Positions 52,301 to 59,183 of a stretch of 64,000 nucleotides of DNA are shown here, in pieces. Numbering within the stretch: position 1 is the stretch's first letter; every line of letters begins with the position of its first letter. The position numbers and the translations under genes are program-made. Source of the stretch: Giardia intestinalis (taxonomy: Eukaryota); the NCBI GenBank assembly GCA_000002435.2, contig CM018791.1. One strand, given 5' to 3'. The notes beneath the pieces were generated by a model. It was not told the DNA's origin. It made no database searches and saw nothing but the letters and a program-made list of their open reading frames with translations.

Positions 52301-53465
52301 GACAGTTATGGATCGCTCTTCCAAAGAACGGTCGAAACAGTCGGTAGATAGCTATGTTGGAGAGGATCTCGGATACGTTGGATGTTGATCTAAGAAAGAG
52401 AGAGTAGGGTATGTGTATTTTATACAACTGTTGGCTATCTATGAGAGGGATAATGCTCTGTGCCTTGTTGCGAATAGCAAAGAGTTCGAATAGTGTAGCG
52501 AAACTTGTACTGAAGATCTTACGGGCCAGGAAGAACGAGTTCCTGTAGCAACGGCAGGCCTTGGAAATGAGAAGGCAATTCTCTGTGTATATGTAGAAGT
52601 ACAAAGCGTGTAAGCCATACGGAACAAAGAGGATGCGCTCCCAGAAACGTTCGCTGACCGACAGATTCTTCCAAGTTACAAGTCCATAGACATTAATAAT
52701 TTCTTCTAACGTTGGTATGATTATTCCACGATGTGATTTCTCTCTAAGTGCATTGAAGCAACAGGAGTACTTCTGGATATTATAAATATATATCGGAGAC
52801 GAACTAGACAAAGATGGGAGTATCGAGAAGGGCCAGGGATCGCTTGAGTTTGTAATGGTGCCAGCACTAGAAGTGGTGTGTTCAGGAGAGCTAAGAGCCT
52901 GATCAAAGTATATCGAGGAGACCTGTCCAAAGAAGCGCTGTTCTACGACGTCCAAGCTCAGCCCAGGACCGGATCCTTGCTTAGTGACAGGGTTGTACCA
53001 CATATGAATCTTTTCAACCAAATAGATAAAGTTGGAGACGAATTTTACGTCGCCTTGAGTCAGCTCTTGCTGTGTGCTAGGGTCCAACTGGATGATTGGA
53101 GGCCGATAGTTTCTTTGCTCAATAGTAGACGGTGCACCAGCACCTCTTGGTGGGCTCATATTCATACCGGTAGAAAGCCTAGTTTCAATCTGCAAAATAT
53201 AGTCCTTGAGGGCTCCCCCGAGAGCTGGGTATGTAAACCAACAGAAGTGCATGCTTGATAGGCCTGCTATCCCACAAAGATACTTGTGGTGCTCCAAAGA
53301 CCCCTTTTCATCTTGAGTCGTCGACCCAACTGAAACCGCAGGGGACTTGGCCATAAGATGGCTGGCGTACTTCCCGATGGCCTCATTCACAAGCGGTTTG
53401 CTTTTTATAACGTACTTTATGTAGCTTTCAATGAGCTGGTTGGCACTAAGGGCCTCCCGTGGCAT
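40383..53465 (-). CDS. Giant hypothetical protein (4360 aa) with a C-terminal Q/P/Y/G-rich low-complexity region
   Basis: A single uninterrupted 13,083-nt ORF; this cannot arise by chance at ~48% GC. True ATG at 53463-53465. No family recognised. About 300 aa of prion-like YGQP-rich sequence near the C-terminus. Confidence 0.7.
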   Translation of the reverse strand: MPREALSANQLIESYIKYVIKSKPLVNEAIGKYASHLMAKSPAVSVGSTTQDEKGSLEHHKYLCGIAGLSSMHFCWFTYPALGGALKDYILQIETRLSTGMNMSPPRGAGAPSTIEQRNYRPPIIQLDPSTQQELTQGDVKFVSNFIYLVEKIHMWYNPVTKQGSGPGLSLDVVEQRFFGQVSSIYFDQALSSPEHTTSSAGTITNSSDPWPFSILPSLSSSSPIYIYNIQKYSCCFNALREKSHRGIIIPTLEEIINVYGLVTWKNLSVSERFWERILFVPYGLHALYFYIYTENCLLISKACRCYRNSFFLARKIFSTSFATLFELFAIRNKAQSIIPLIDSQQLYKIHIPYSLFLRSTSNVSEILSNIAIYRLFRPFFGRAIHNCLGSSWFSVIESRADAATGSKRGPYPLTTKLFCTFLKFNEYATISKAYSTPFWDSNLPSGRVPYAAYFMSVKSLEKEKQQQDGCSTRKFPKIYQYNVPYHEKGEKLSFQPMDPAIHETMNSTPAEFVTNVQKILASNNKEGCGDDSHEYTSFLPLERPILIVVSTDERLINWSNELTNIQLNQYALYCSSDSASIDFIRRYIFTTSSDLPKRTTSECDTCELNNCPCQHQLSEELVVTESAPTRGRPPRIKKESDLLQSPVLSSNVSDSLSSFIRSLRQTDSVADVLVPQGVSTAEIISSVLYQDSADRCAPAARTSPELCALDAKSLLSCGFGANFKSQALKRASKPSDPRVLKQQPLSAVTAVRKSQTKTIKARPETGGNTSDLRQYTALERAILKNAAKGNHLCATWPQKNSGNFTRRLQLLNETGYQLRWSACSPVLTISKCACSIIMGVWCNVCNFKLRVAHAKLPEEQAIHDIQQSANSPSATLKLGLQEAIDLDGYLEDCHNYYIKPCKSDGTSNEFEVVKEPLSQTFVEPHLKMNPSDTVLFQRNGKQVLSIKRICQQLPAYIIVASFQAAMRLLDVFSQIPFESIFVEEALEMTPQQYNYLDCCYNITSKYRFFAGRKEFPLFTTEPLTKVANISLSEKAPIDLLREALLSLSSMDADVFHAGLTILSFLIHIPKNTLLSTFQLISEALSSMFGMDSSAAIKPVQIMLTFALLDFLDAGYLPEAVHSQIVAAELAVFTNIREKNRPADTATDLSRHLSNMSIYFAGYPRDQVKISTIEEYRRKCTEFYNDIKQKATDAVSRHTPYRIFSVLFLHIQAYNLDDEVARLHIPASLLRQLNVALTPFGSTVLRRSIESVSSSSVLNTVRCSSGLVCGCGLIAHNPDYIQQQELSELQALTAKDTSSSSVSVSSESSGASRLSALQLDFLSVSKFSTEMCAELQEFLSSRPSIQPSFVFIMQQTFDQIILQRTFLDIDANVRRVIFDDSRPALLKRYLEIEVPNTLAKISYPLYITVARYAVFQLLIYLWTDACLSLGEEYNKHFKLDPSGFADINEHAFFDSLVVYSLHLAQSRALQISALTSAFMCQGVLFSDHSVKLAKAAGLSNAISQAIFIRTKTALVYLVPDIMVKPTLVFLRYVYSGRITVVDVLTMLTSATIEKTVSERLLASISNADDDTFSMRKLATYALNRLLLSVFFDSIFVPDLEAVELQANCSNSNGDTGSGAPYPAYYQHIRDAVGNAGTTASDNLTSDLVVSVVPETLLLMLLAFSEACSQTTPPVIRGKNKPVPAGYDFTSLLAAMPFVSTRPMAHLFTKLCYDYQVLSKSSPHSVSPPYILQNLCQHSLEDSLFSIQFQSTHVLYGEVHSLSIVLRDYIADTCAAIDLKQGTRKADLSNRSLQESLLKFSTHELVRVCVHASCTSFQQHQANIGNQMSKLTDTCLNLKPQSLYLIDPLVRRTVSAWLDCDLLLQGAIQYLFMNVKATLRDMVQACKSKTDESLLRSHSLTSVTQTKAVYREHHQSPKILKRKDRGPQSAGMSYESLKIVFDPTPFYIYYAGSPTVATISHRDSSFSNDVSSPVDSLNTSVRAKDVAGPSKLRTRPAPSSAGASVELGSVDDGAEEPAAPDVFRGSPAFSVISGNVVGTSSINAPLFSKMGRLFRKPEGPTLTPTEFLYTYFDGSVEHSQGQTDMQVTVASMQNIFNLSIQPPIPPKLDFYSMNPSSHTIPRMLPASAGFVDTFKESSSVQHYINGYSSVLTPLYTLDKSFPVCQECHNICTRELDADLSAEKRKLLKQYGVQPVAADSSAMFSLPRSNKDLSYPSLDNSLLYYCFICQKLFDPGLLATPNLNTKDVKVLVQACQLDNKPSVNPQHIITPNSQTVFRQCKLYQESSLESQSTILSDGVYQSNLTCLSYCGANEHESLCLQCIEEAGLPQTLASNVYLTIDGLLKRNMLHHGTPAFVLEEYALAYVSAAYSYILSKKCVGCVSELQVPCLYFAKTTRSDIANEYGHLVYRYEYILYGRAVCELLNHLLYTTVASLDGQESIHIQFMSLQRKLSTSCQTSHPFDRIGNRAVLHILTSFFSAHIKKNTLQSTVTEYSRALAKTYALFRHKTICAAMDFAIPYTLYPIYSSLRGLLRHCNLCKKVFSENWLKMYDITGTVLHTLLKTIDSNLVFASLGYNSIFFKYYVILRLLLADIPAFLLDPRGPRGHEYSYTASTLKDDASFLAFMLKHTFLYGHSLVLGPESPCYLHLLLQFSSIILAYNGVHPCKLLHTSELCRSNEYLFKGSLYSSTNVIADNLLIYHFFTNVPQLISLYLENEDSVALPLRWTQGPDLCQELFRTFSTLEFSVAHALTDLGTIQFTPQLVYIHRLVRAKIRTISMSSPLALVDTTLLNQYVHAYAQDGLLTVDSFTTLFSCDYSWIYRLAFGVYHYEISANQDYLALIQSASEDGAPKVLCNSISETFMQKLCSPSASATSNRPRPFEQRRYGIANVHPYPHSIMKPQLEATDEAPAAECSLRYTSSVSITNNGLEQDSLKQLPATENLYVERFSTANLHIYDSPLMNSLDLSSISSTHPGLVERTGHQDKSNSLVQPSVVDNGASTSPALNSVLSAHMIAETYNRMVLTPATSKIQLDLFKDNAIYSKTTSTPALLPQATLQGLAPIPTKVLLHVVLRTIRMLLMRAYPMDNQNSIFYPQIAFSKVQNTLSVALGDFVPLPQGSSSELPSTASRDQSTPIDGSYLSLGEQSDSTPKQRARLHMAERFLVVGGTYLHGGLFDYIYEPYRFPDDHTDLDSFFLRYLVNYMYIPQREAGQQDLLAVFLQDPVSGISMKEHTILSALMSSNFMVSGLVTDSVEQQKIESLVSDFETLIPEHNRQLLIEIIMSIGVGLGTTPLEMYENIIRTYLLMTTKDRSLPVSTILRASVTFLQILWLMVKKCRKLPDELRPYVQNTDISKATHDLYLLRILQGKLKELSVRYNYLLFSFDWCLCNTGSKYATVFSRGIQQVPVVENYWLQCCNQYIEDFSLQNLTTPRAASNPEADTANTSNEGLQEPVSPETAAINDVACSPAALAYRLLWNISYYLPPFYYTTNSHTQASSLINPRMLPSRSSQYYGQQGTLQQSFSTIKQYVLRIHPSACAIDLMIEYVDYMYDCMMDPTYASRYYSTPLTMRSLFTVQEYGLTDLKNCWLYLTYCKIEFLEKFGLNLHDIAALKASPAPQVAEEDIKIVMTVAELIHSAWSKLSDLKVLHAYVRYRGKYQQLLMDKKEYNCSHTTNPIQLAKILLPIFQQLTLMLEKAYNKFPNACTNTDTCNLLFPTHTLTQRCDVKLHPVLKERWNAYYVHAIPWQAVVPLFSDEFLFNFDLLQRLRRVPSSEQITFAIKQFSALIKDRWPSILQAIRVPVTAEFIKERHRLLIYGLATERILLSNLNEQYYNHDLNSVIDISRNIMQASRSHVRLIALKAHPENRLNEIFSVDVPPYSPSIQTTCTQPTAFGAMPTPTGYTHTPGTSGPTPPYQMGPRIGQFGPSSAPQSHRQPGEYHDATAYPQEKLQYPQGAPGGPRAPYGAVGGNRYYGRQGRGMEPYQRTDMLPAPRYPGVHSQTYPPPTRYDPFTMRTGAYPHSNGYGPASMSYQAEQGSLMHQRLLTQQYPLAGARAASAPESQLRPGQYHTLNQDHLGYQSSSPYLNMPYYQAQPPSHFGITPQRSYSQLHSNASPFGAGWESIGYSSNAAAMPTKSSGDELSVSSYKETLSVILKLLNKLFPSVVNKKNNLEGSERALFEHIAGLYSQDNLFFEKPLTEDSWQYALGYMSLIREQPLREDELMIQRNILITRINHITSKWSGILGALEDNAFSVLQAFCKKFEQVVQTKKNDIDYHMIVRVGKDCAAFFLSQAYYYAFELRRTYIENRSMPSSSLMKKMNEMLDLCMQILPVSEILSSADVHLRRQLLLALFIKNLFEQQPRT

Positions 53466-53476
53466 TTTTTAAAATG
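53463..53476. promoter_or_regulatory. Shared bidirectional initiator: two start codons separated by 8 nt (CATTTTTTAAAATG)
   Basis: Minus-strand ATG (53463-53465) of the giant gene and plus-strand ATG (53474-53476) of the SGNH hydrolase flank a near-palindromic T6A4 tract. Confidence 0.45.
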
Positions 53477-54208
53477 CCAAACCTGCCCGTTCCTCGCATC
53501 ATCTGTCTGGGAGATTCGATTTCCCAGTACGGGTGGAACATTGCCGAGGGAGGGTTTGTCGGTCTCCTAGCAGAGGCCTACTCTCCTAAGGCTGACGTTA
53601 TATGCAGGGGTCTTAGCGGGTTTACGTCTGAAATGCTTCTCCACTACATGTCCAACAGCAATCTTTTGGACTCCTTAGACTGCAAGGGCCAAAGTACTTC
53701 CATCCTATATGTAACGGTGTGCATTGGTGCCAACGATGCATCGTCGTCTGCGCAGAATCCCATTCAAAGCGTACACATTTCCAAATACAGGAAGAACCTC
53801 GTCGATATTCTCAGGTTTATACACGCAGCAGGAGTTCCATACGATCGCATCATTGTTCTGGCTCCTCCTCCGATTGCAGACCCTGCCCAACACCCATGCC
53901 TCCATGAGAAAGGCAAGTCGCCGCACCTTACAGAGGAATATGCACAAGCATGCCTGGAAATTGCTAAGGAAGTCGGGGCCCGTCCTGCAGATGTACGGCT
54001 CCTCTGGGATAAAGCAAGCTCTATCTGGACAGATGGGCTCCACATGAATCGGAGCGGAAACAGGCTGCTTTTCCAGGCCATAATGGATGCGTGTGGCACT
54101 GATCTGCGCCCGGAGAGTATTCCGTTCCCGTGGACACACTGGAGCCAGTATAAGACCGCCACTATGGAACAGAAGACTGACACTAATCATACTAAACGCC
54201 TCAAGTAA
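53474..54208 (+). CDS. SGNH/GDSL-family hydrolase (IAH1-like esterase)
   Basis: Block I RIICLGDSISQYGW (GDS nucleophile), block III IGANDA, block V DGLHMN (Asp-x-x-His). Track start 53459 is GTG; ATG at 53474. Confidence 0.8.
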   Translation: MPNLPVPRIICLGDSISQYGWNIAEGGFVGLLAEAYSPKADVICRGLSGFTSEMLLHYMSNSNLLDSLDCKGQSTSILYVTVCIGANDASSSAQNPIQSVHISKYRKNLVDILRFIHAAGVPYDRIIVLAPPPIADPAQHPCLHEKGKSPHLTEEYAQACLEIAKEVGARPADVRLLWDKASSIWTDGLHMNRSGNRLLFQAIMDACGTDLRPESIPFPWTHWSQYKTATMEQKTDTNHTKRLK

Positions 54209-54213
54209 AAATA

Positions 54214-55104
54214 ATGCGCTCTTGCTCTATCGAGGACGAGTATACAGTGATTACGGACCTTTCTAGTGACTTGCGCTTAAAGACACACTTGGTGAGATCT
54301 AAAGAGACCCAGGAAACGCGCATGTGCCGCGGAATAGAATATCTATATCACACCAAATCCGCGCGCGCAGACCTTGAGGATGCGCTTTACGATATGCTGC
54401 GGGTGCGCTGTCCATACATTATCCACTATACTGATGTATATAACGAGGAAGGCAGCAAACGCTATATGGCTCTTTTGAGCTACAACTACAAGTGCACCCT
54501 CGAAGACTATTTACGCGAGCAGCAAGCCAAGGGGGAGACAATCTCTGAGTCTATGCTCTGGGCGATCCTTGTGAGAATCGTCAAGGCCTTGCGCTACCTT
54601 CATGACCCTGCTAAACATGGCGGGCGAGTCATCGTTCACCGTGATGTCCGTCCGAGCAATATGTATATGGCGGACGACTCGACGGTGTACCTGGGTGACT
54701 CAATCTTCTGTAGCTCATACACGTACCCGGGTAGCCATGTGGTTGGCAGCGCTCTCACTAACATGGCCTATGCACCCCCTGAGATGATGACCAGTGATGT
54801 GTATACGACGGCGTATGACATATGGTCCCTTGGATGCTCTCTGTACGAACTGGCTACGGGCGCTAAATATTCGGAGATCGTTAAGACAGCCTTCCCGGGG
54901 CTAAGCTACCTGCAAGCTCTTGAAAGGTTACAGATGCAGGCCCTGGTGATTCCAGGTTATTCAGAAAGCTTCTGCGTCAACTTACAAAGAATGCTGCACG
55001 TCGATCCGACTGAAAGGCCGACAGCTGCAGGCCTGCTAAGCCTTAGCGGGTCTAACACATCCAGTTTAGCAAACAGTCTATCGAATTGCCCGGATTTGTG
55101 CTAA
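54214..55104 (+). CDS. Kinase-like protein (NEK-related C-lobe; N-lobe degenerate, probably inactive)
   Basis: VIVHRDVRPSNMYM (HRD loop with Lys to Arg), YLGDSIF in place of DFG, YAPPEMM (APE), DIWSLGCSLYEL. No Gly-loop or VAIK recognisable in the first 100 aa. Starts 5 nt after the upstream stop. Confidence 0.6.
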   Translation: MRSCSIEDEYTVITDLSSDLRLKTHLVRSKETQETRMCRGIEYLYHTKSARADLEDALYDMLRVRCPYIIHYTDVYNEEGSKRYMALLSYNYKCTLEDYLREQQAKGETISESMLWAILVRIVKALRYLHDPAKHGGRVIVHRDVRPSNMYMADDSTVYLGDSIFCSSYTYPGSHVVGSALTNMAYAPPEMMTSDVYTTAYDIWSLGCSLYELATGAKYSEIVKTAFPGLSYLQALERLQMQALVIPGYSESFCVNLQRMLHVDPTERPTAAGLLSLSGSNTSSLANSLSNCPDLC

Positions 55105-55162
55105 AATGTGAACTACTCTCGCCCCTTTGATTTCCTTGTCAGCCACTATTTAATTTCCTGGA

Positions 55163-56653
55163 ATGACGAAAGAGGGCCCTGCAACCCCGAGCCAGCTTCC
55201 CCAGTCCCGCAGGTGGGTCGTCCACCTGAAGGCCTTTATGGAGACAATATTCATAGCCATTATAATGGTTCCGAACACAATGTACTATGGCTCTGTGAAC
55301 GCCCTATCACAACTCTTGCTTAAGACTTACGGCGATAGCAACATCATTACAAACTCCTCACTCATGCACTCTGTGCCGTCGATCTTTTCTGCATTCAGCG
55401 TATCCTTCTTCACGGACGTCTTAGGGGTTGAGTTTATGCTTCTGCCCCTACAGACCCTTATCCTGATTGGCTGCATCTGCTCAGCGCTAGCAAAGAGCTC
55501 AGGAGTCTTCCTCATCGGAAGATTCTGTTACGGGCTTTGTGGAGAAGGCCTTATTATGGTCCAATCAAAGCTGATTTCCAACCGGATTCCCCGCCAGTGG
55601 CACCCCTTTGCCTTTGCACTCATATTCTGTGGATTTATGCTTGGAGAGTCCATCTCTAGTATATTCATTGGAAAAATGGACTCCGTTCCATCTGCATATT
55701 TCATAATAGCAGCATGCATGTTGATTAGTCTGCTCATTGAGGTGACATATACAGTTCTTGAAGTATTTAGACGCAGAAAAGAAAAGACCACCGATGTCCA
55801 AGGATTGGCGTTATCCGAGACACTTAGTGATAGCATAGCAATGAACCCACAGACACAGACACAAATGCAAGCACAGCCTAGATCATCATTGCAGCACAGA
55901 TGCAAAGATATGTTCACTGCAGTAACCGATTGTATTAAGACAGCGCGGCCGTTGCTCTGGATGATGGTTGTAAGCCGTCTTTTGTTCATGGGGACCCGTA
56001 TGGGATACGATTCTACCTCTGTCCTGTTTCTAACGGACATCCTTGGCCTAGATAACGACACTATTGTTTCTGCTGTGGGTGTTTCTCAAATATCATCAGC
56101 GGTTTCCTTCTTGTTGATGGGCTTTCTTGTCAGCTTTTGGCAGCTTGGCCCAATACTAATTATTATCTGTGGATACATCTCTCTACTGGGTGCAGTGATG
56201 ACACTCTACTTCTTTAGGAGCTCAGACCCTCAGCAGACTGTCCGATCATGCTATCTAATTTGCATTTTTGTTGGCATCAGCTTTGGATTCTTTGCCAGCA
56301 ATAGCTCGGCCGTTATAGTGTCTCTTTCAAAGAAGGCCATGGCTGCATCTGGTTTGGGGCTTGTCTTTTCAATGCAGTTTCTCATCATGAGCATCATTGT
56401 GCCCCTTGCCATGTATGTTGCAAGGACCAACTCGTACCGGACGGCATGCTGGGTATACATCGGAGTCCTACTATGTGCAGCACCCTTTTTACTCACAGTG
56501 TTTACAAAGCTAGCAATCAACTACTCACAAACTAGGAAAAAAAGAAAAGCTGTCAAAATCTGCGATGATGGAGAGATACAACCATCTACTAGTGTGTCTT
56601 CTGTTATTAACCTGGATAGTGCCCCAGCAAGTACTATAGAATCAAAAGCCTAG
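55163..56653 (+). CDS. Polytopic membrane protein, MFS-transporter-like
   Basis: Roughly 10-12 hydrophobic helices. GRFCYGLCGEG resembles the MFS loop-2/3 motif. Hydrophilic central loop then a second helix bundle. Confidence 0.45.
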   Translation: MTKEGPATPSQLPQSRRWVVHLKAFMETIFIAIIMVPNTMYYGSVNALSQLLLKTYGDSNIITNSSLMHSVPSIFSAFSVSFFTDVLGVEFMLLPLQTLILIGCICSALAKSSGVFLIGRFCYGLCGEGLIMVQSKLISNRIPRQWHPFAFALIFCGFMLGESISSIFIGKMDSVPSAYFIIAACMLISLLIEVTYTVLEVFRRRKEKTTDVQGLALSETLSDSIAMNPQTQTQMQAQPRSSLQHRCKDMFTAVTDCIKTARPLLWMMVVSRLLFMGTRMGYDSTSVLFLTDILGLDNDTIVSAVGVSQISSAVSFLLMGFLVSFWQLGPILIIICGYISLLGAVMTLYFFRSSDPQQTVRSCYLICIFVGISFGFFASNSSAVIVSLSKKAMAASGLGLVFSMQFLIMSIIVPLAMYVARTNSYRTACWVYIGVLLCAAPFLLTVFTKLAINYSQTRKKRKAVKICDDGEIQPSTSVSSVINLDSAPASTIESKA

Positions 56654-59101
56654 CCCTCCGTACTGCATCCCGGACGAGCTGGCCCTGTTGCGCGTGATGG
56701 CCGCAGACGCATCAGCTAAGGCACTATTTTTTTCTCCAAGTACTGTGTTCATATCCATGTGGCTTTTAAGAATTGAAAGCTTGAGGCTCTTGCCTGCTTT
56801 GTAATCACTTACAAGAGACGGGCCTGCGCCGGGAGCAATACCCCCGGAAGACGATGACAATGATCCTACAGTGGAGCGCTTGCTGGGTGCTCTGTCAAAA
56901 AGGGCTGGTCTGGACTCCTGCTCTAACTCTCTGTGTAAATAATGCTTAAGAGCGTTGCTACTAGCAGCCTTCCCGCTTCCTGGACGAGAGCTGACAGTTC
57001 CGGCGCTCCCCATGAGGCTACCAGTAGACCCTCTTGTTAGGAGTTCCTGAATATATTTGTCGGAAAGGGCCTTCTCTGCCTTCAAGGAAGCAAGTTGCTC
57101 TTGCATGGTTTGCATGGCGGCACGAGTGTTCGAGAGCTCTGTCGCTAGATCGCCTGTTGTAGCGCTCGCTTTGACGGCACGGAAGTAGGCTAACTCTGTG
57201 CGCAAGGAGTCGTTTTCATCCTCGAGAGACTTCAGCCTAGCTAATTGCTGCTCTGCTTGAGGCTTAGCCTCATCTGACAGGCTTCCACGATTCAGCGTTT
57301 TGCTCATAATGGAGACACGCTCACGCAACTCTTTTGCCTCGCTCTTGTATCGGAGCGCCTCATCCTGCGCGGCTTCTATCTCGCGCCTAATCTGTACGGC
57401 CTCCTCGCGCATCTTAATCTTGTCTGCTCTAAGCCGCGCCTCATATTCTTTCAGCTCCATCATCTTGCCCTGGATCTTTTCCAGCTCCTCTGCGGTCCTC
57501 TCAGACACCTTATCTCCTGCCCCATGCTTAGGATCAATTTTGCTGGGAGTCGTGGGAATAGTCGGAGGAGTCCCTGCAGGCTGCGGATTTGTATCGTTAG
57601 TCACCGGGGATAGCTCTGCATCGCTGACAGGTGCAATCACAGGCTTTCGCGTGGGACTCAGGGTACCTGCTGCATCCAATTTGCGGACGTTTTGACGTAG
57701 TTGCAGCAGCTCTTTTTCGTCAAGGGCAAGTTTTTCCTGGAGATGACGCTTCTCCGCGTCGGTTTCGTCTAAAATTGTTCTTATGCTGTCTTTCTCTGCT
57801 TTCAACTCACTAATAGTTGATTGGAGGATCGCGTTCTCCTGTGTGGTCTCTTTGACTTTGTCCTCGGCCTTGAGGAGGCGAGACTGACATTCCCTAAAGC
57901 GATCCTGAAGATCCTTATAGTCGGCCTCACGTGCGTTAAGTGCCTTCTTGAGGAGAGATTCCACCTCAACACTCGCCGTGTTCGTGCCTTCTAGCTTCAA
58001 TTTCGTCGATTGAAGCTGCGCAAGTTCTGCCTCTTGGGCACGGGCCACCTTTGTCATGTCTCTTACTTGGTTTTGAAGTTGAACAAGGCTATTCTGCATT
58101 TTGTACACAAAATCGATAAGATCCCTTCCCACCTCATTGGACTGGTAGCCGATGGCGCTCTTCATGTCACGGAGAATAGCCAAAAGGTCGTTGTGCCGCA
58201 TGTTTAATGATTTGTAGTCTGCAACAATTTTCTTGTACTCATCTGCAAACGATCCCAGGCTCCTCATAGTGTTGTCTAGCCATGAGTCCAGCCTAGCAGA
58301 GGCCTTGTGCGGCTGAAATGTCTCTGATTTGGAAAGAGCAGCGTAGCCCTCTTCACTGGGGGCTACGAAGTCGAGGTGCTCGTCTTCGGACTTCATGGCA
58401 TCGAGACCGTTAAAATCTGGCTGCTTCAGGCTATCCTGCAATTCAGAGGAGAAGGCGGGATTGAGGGGGGAGTGGTGAGGGGGGAGATCGTCAACAGAAC
58501 CTCGCTGTCCAGACGGACGGCCACTGGACGGACGGCTTTTAAGCGAAACCTTAGCATTGTTGGAAAGATACTGTTGCAATATAGCAAGGACTTCTGTGCA
58601 GCTTTTAGAGTTAGCAACAGATATCTCTGCTTCTATGTCCTCTGAGGTATACTTTAAGGTGTCCAATAGAAGACTAGTGGCCTCAGCATTTCCTGCGGAC
58701 ACGGCATAGCTTAAGGCCGTCCTCCCATCCTTATCTGTCTCGCGCCCAAAGAAGGGCGCCAGTGCCCTGACAACGGCCAGGTTCTCGCGTCCTAGGGCGA
58801 TCATAATGGCAGTCTGACCTTCGGGGGTGATGATTGTGTGCTCTCGAGGAGCTAAAATCTTGCATATATCTGGGAGACCGTATTCGGTAGCAACGAGAAG
58901 CGCTGTTCGACCGTCACGACCTGTAAGCCCTGCTTCTGCCTCGGCCAAAATCGCCACTATGTCGACATAGTTGGATCGCGTGGCCAGGATCAGGCCAGTA
59001 TCTCCATCTTCGGTCCGGGAGCACTTGTAGCGCTCACAATACTCCTCCACGAACTCAATATTGTTCGTTCGAATAGCCTGGAACCATATCGTCTGATCCA
59101 T
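56642..59101 (-). CDS. Ankyrin-repeat (21.1-type) plus long coiled-coil protein
   Basis: N-terminal ankyrin repeats (GDTGLILA..., GRTALLVATEYG..., GRTALSYAVSAGN) followed by ~450 aa of heptad coiled coil (…LKAEKDSIRTILDETDAEKRHLQEKLALDEKELLQLRQNVRKL...). Track start 59212 is TTG. Chosen ATG is 59099-59101 (MDQTIWF...), preceded by AAAAATAAC; an earlier ATG at 59179 is possible. Confidence 0.65.
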   Translation of the reverse strand: MDQTIWFQAIRTNNIEFVEEYCERYKCSRTEDGDTGLILATRSNYVDIVAILAEAEAGLTGRDGRTALLVATEYGLPDICKILAPREHTIITPEGQTAIMIALGRENLAVVRALAPFFGRETDKDGRTALSYAVSAGNAEATSLLLDTLKYTSEDIEAEISVANSKSCTEVLAILQQYLSNNAKVSLKSRPSSGRPSGQRGSVDDLPPHHSPLNPAFSSELQDSLKQPDFNGLDAMKSEDEHLDFVAPSEEGYAALSKSETFQPHKASARLDSWLDNTMRSLGSFADEYKKIVADYKSLNMRHNDLLAILRDMKSAIGYQSNEVGRDLIDFVYKMQNSLVQLQNQVRDMTKVARAQEAELAQLQSTKLKLEGTNTASVEVESLLKKALNAREADYKDLQDRFRECQSRLLKAEDKVKETTQENAILQSTISELKAEKDSIRTILDETDAEKRHLQEKLALDEKELLQLRQNVRKLDAAGTLSPTRKPVIAPVSDAELSPVTNDTNPQPAGTPPTIPTTPSKIDPKHGAGDKVSERTAEELEKIQGKMMELKEYEARLRADKIKMREEAVQIRREIEAAQDEALRYKSEAKELRERVSIMSKTLNRGSLSDEAKPQAEQQLARLKSLEDENDSLRTELAYFRAVKASATTGDLATELSNTRAAMQTMQEQLASLKAEKALSDKYIQELLTRGSTGSLMGSAGTVSSRPGSGKAASSNALKHYLHRELEQESRPALFDRAPSKRSTVGSLSSSSGGIAPGAGPSLVSDYKAGKSLKLSILKSHMDMNTVLGEKNSALADASAAITRNRASSSGMQYGGLGF

Positions 59102-59183
59102 GTTATTTTTAGGGATTCTGTATTTTGTCAGGCAATTTTTTGAGCCGAGAACTAAGTTGAGTCGGAAAGTAAGGCGCATTGGA

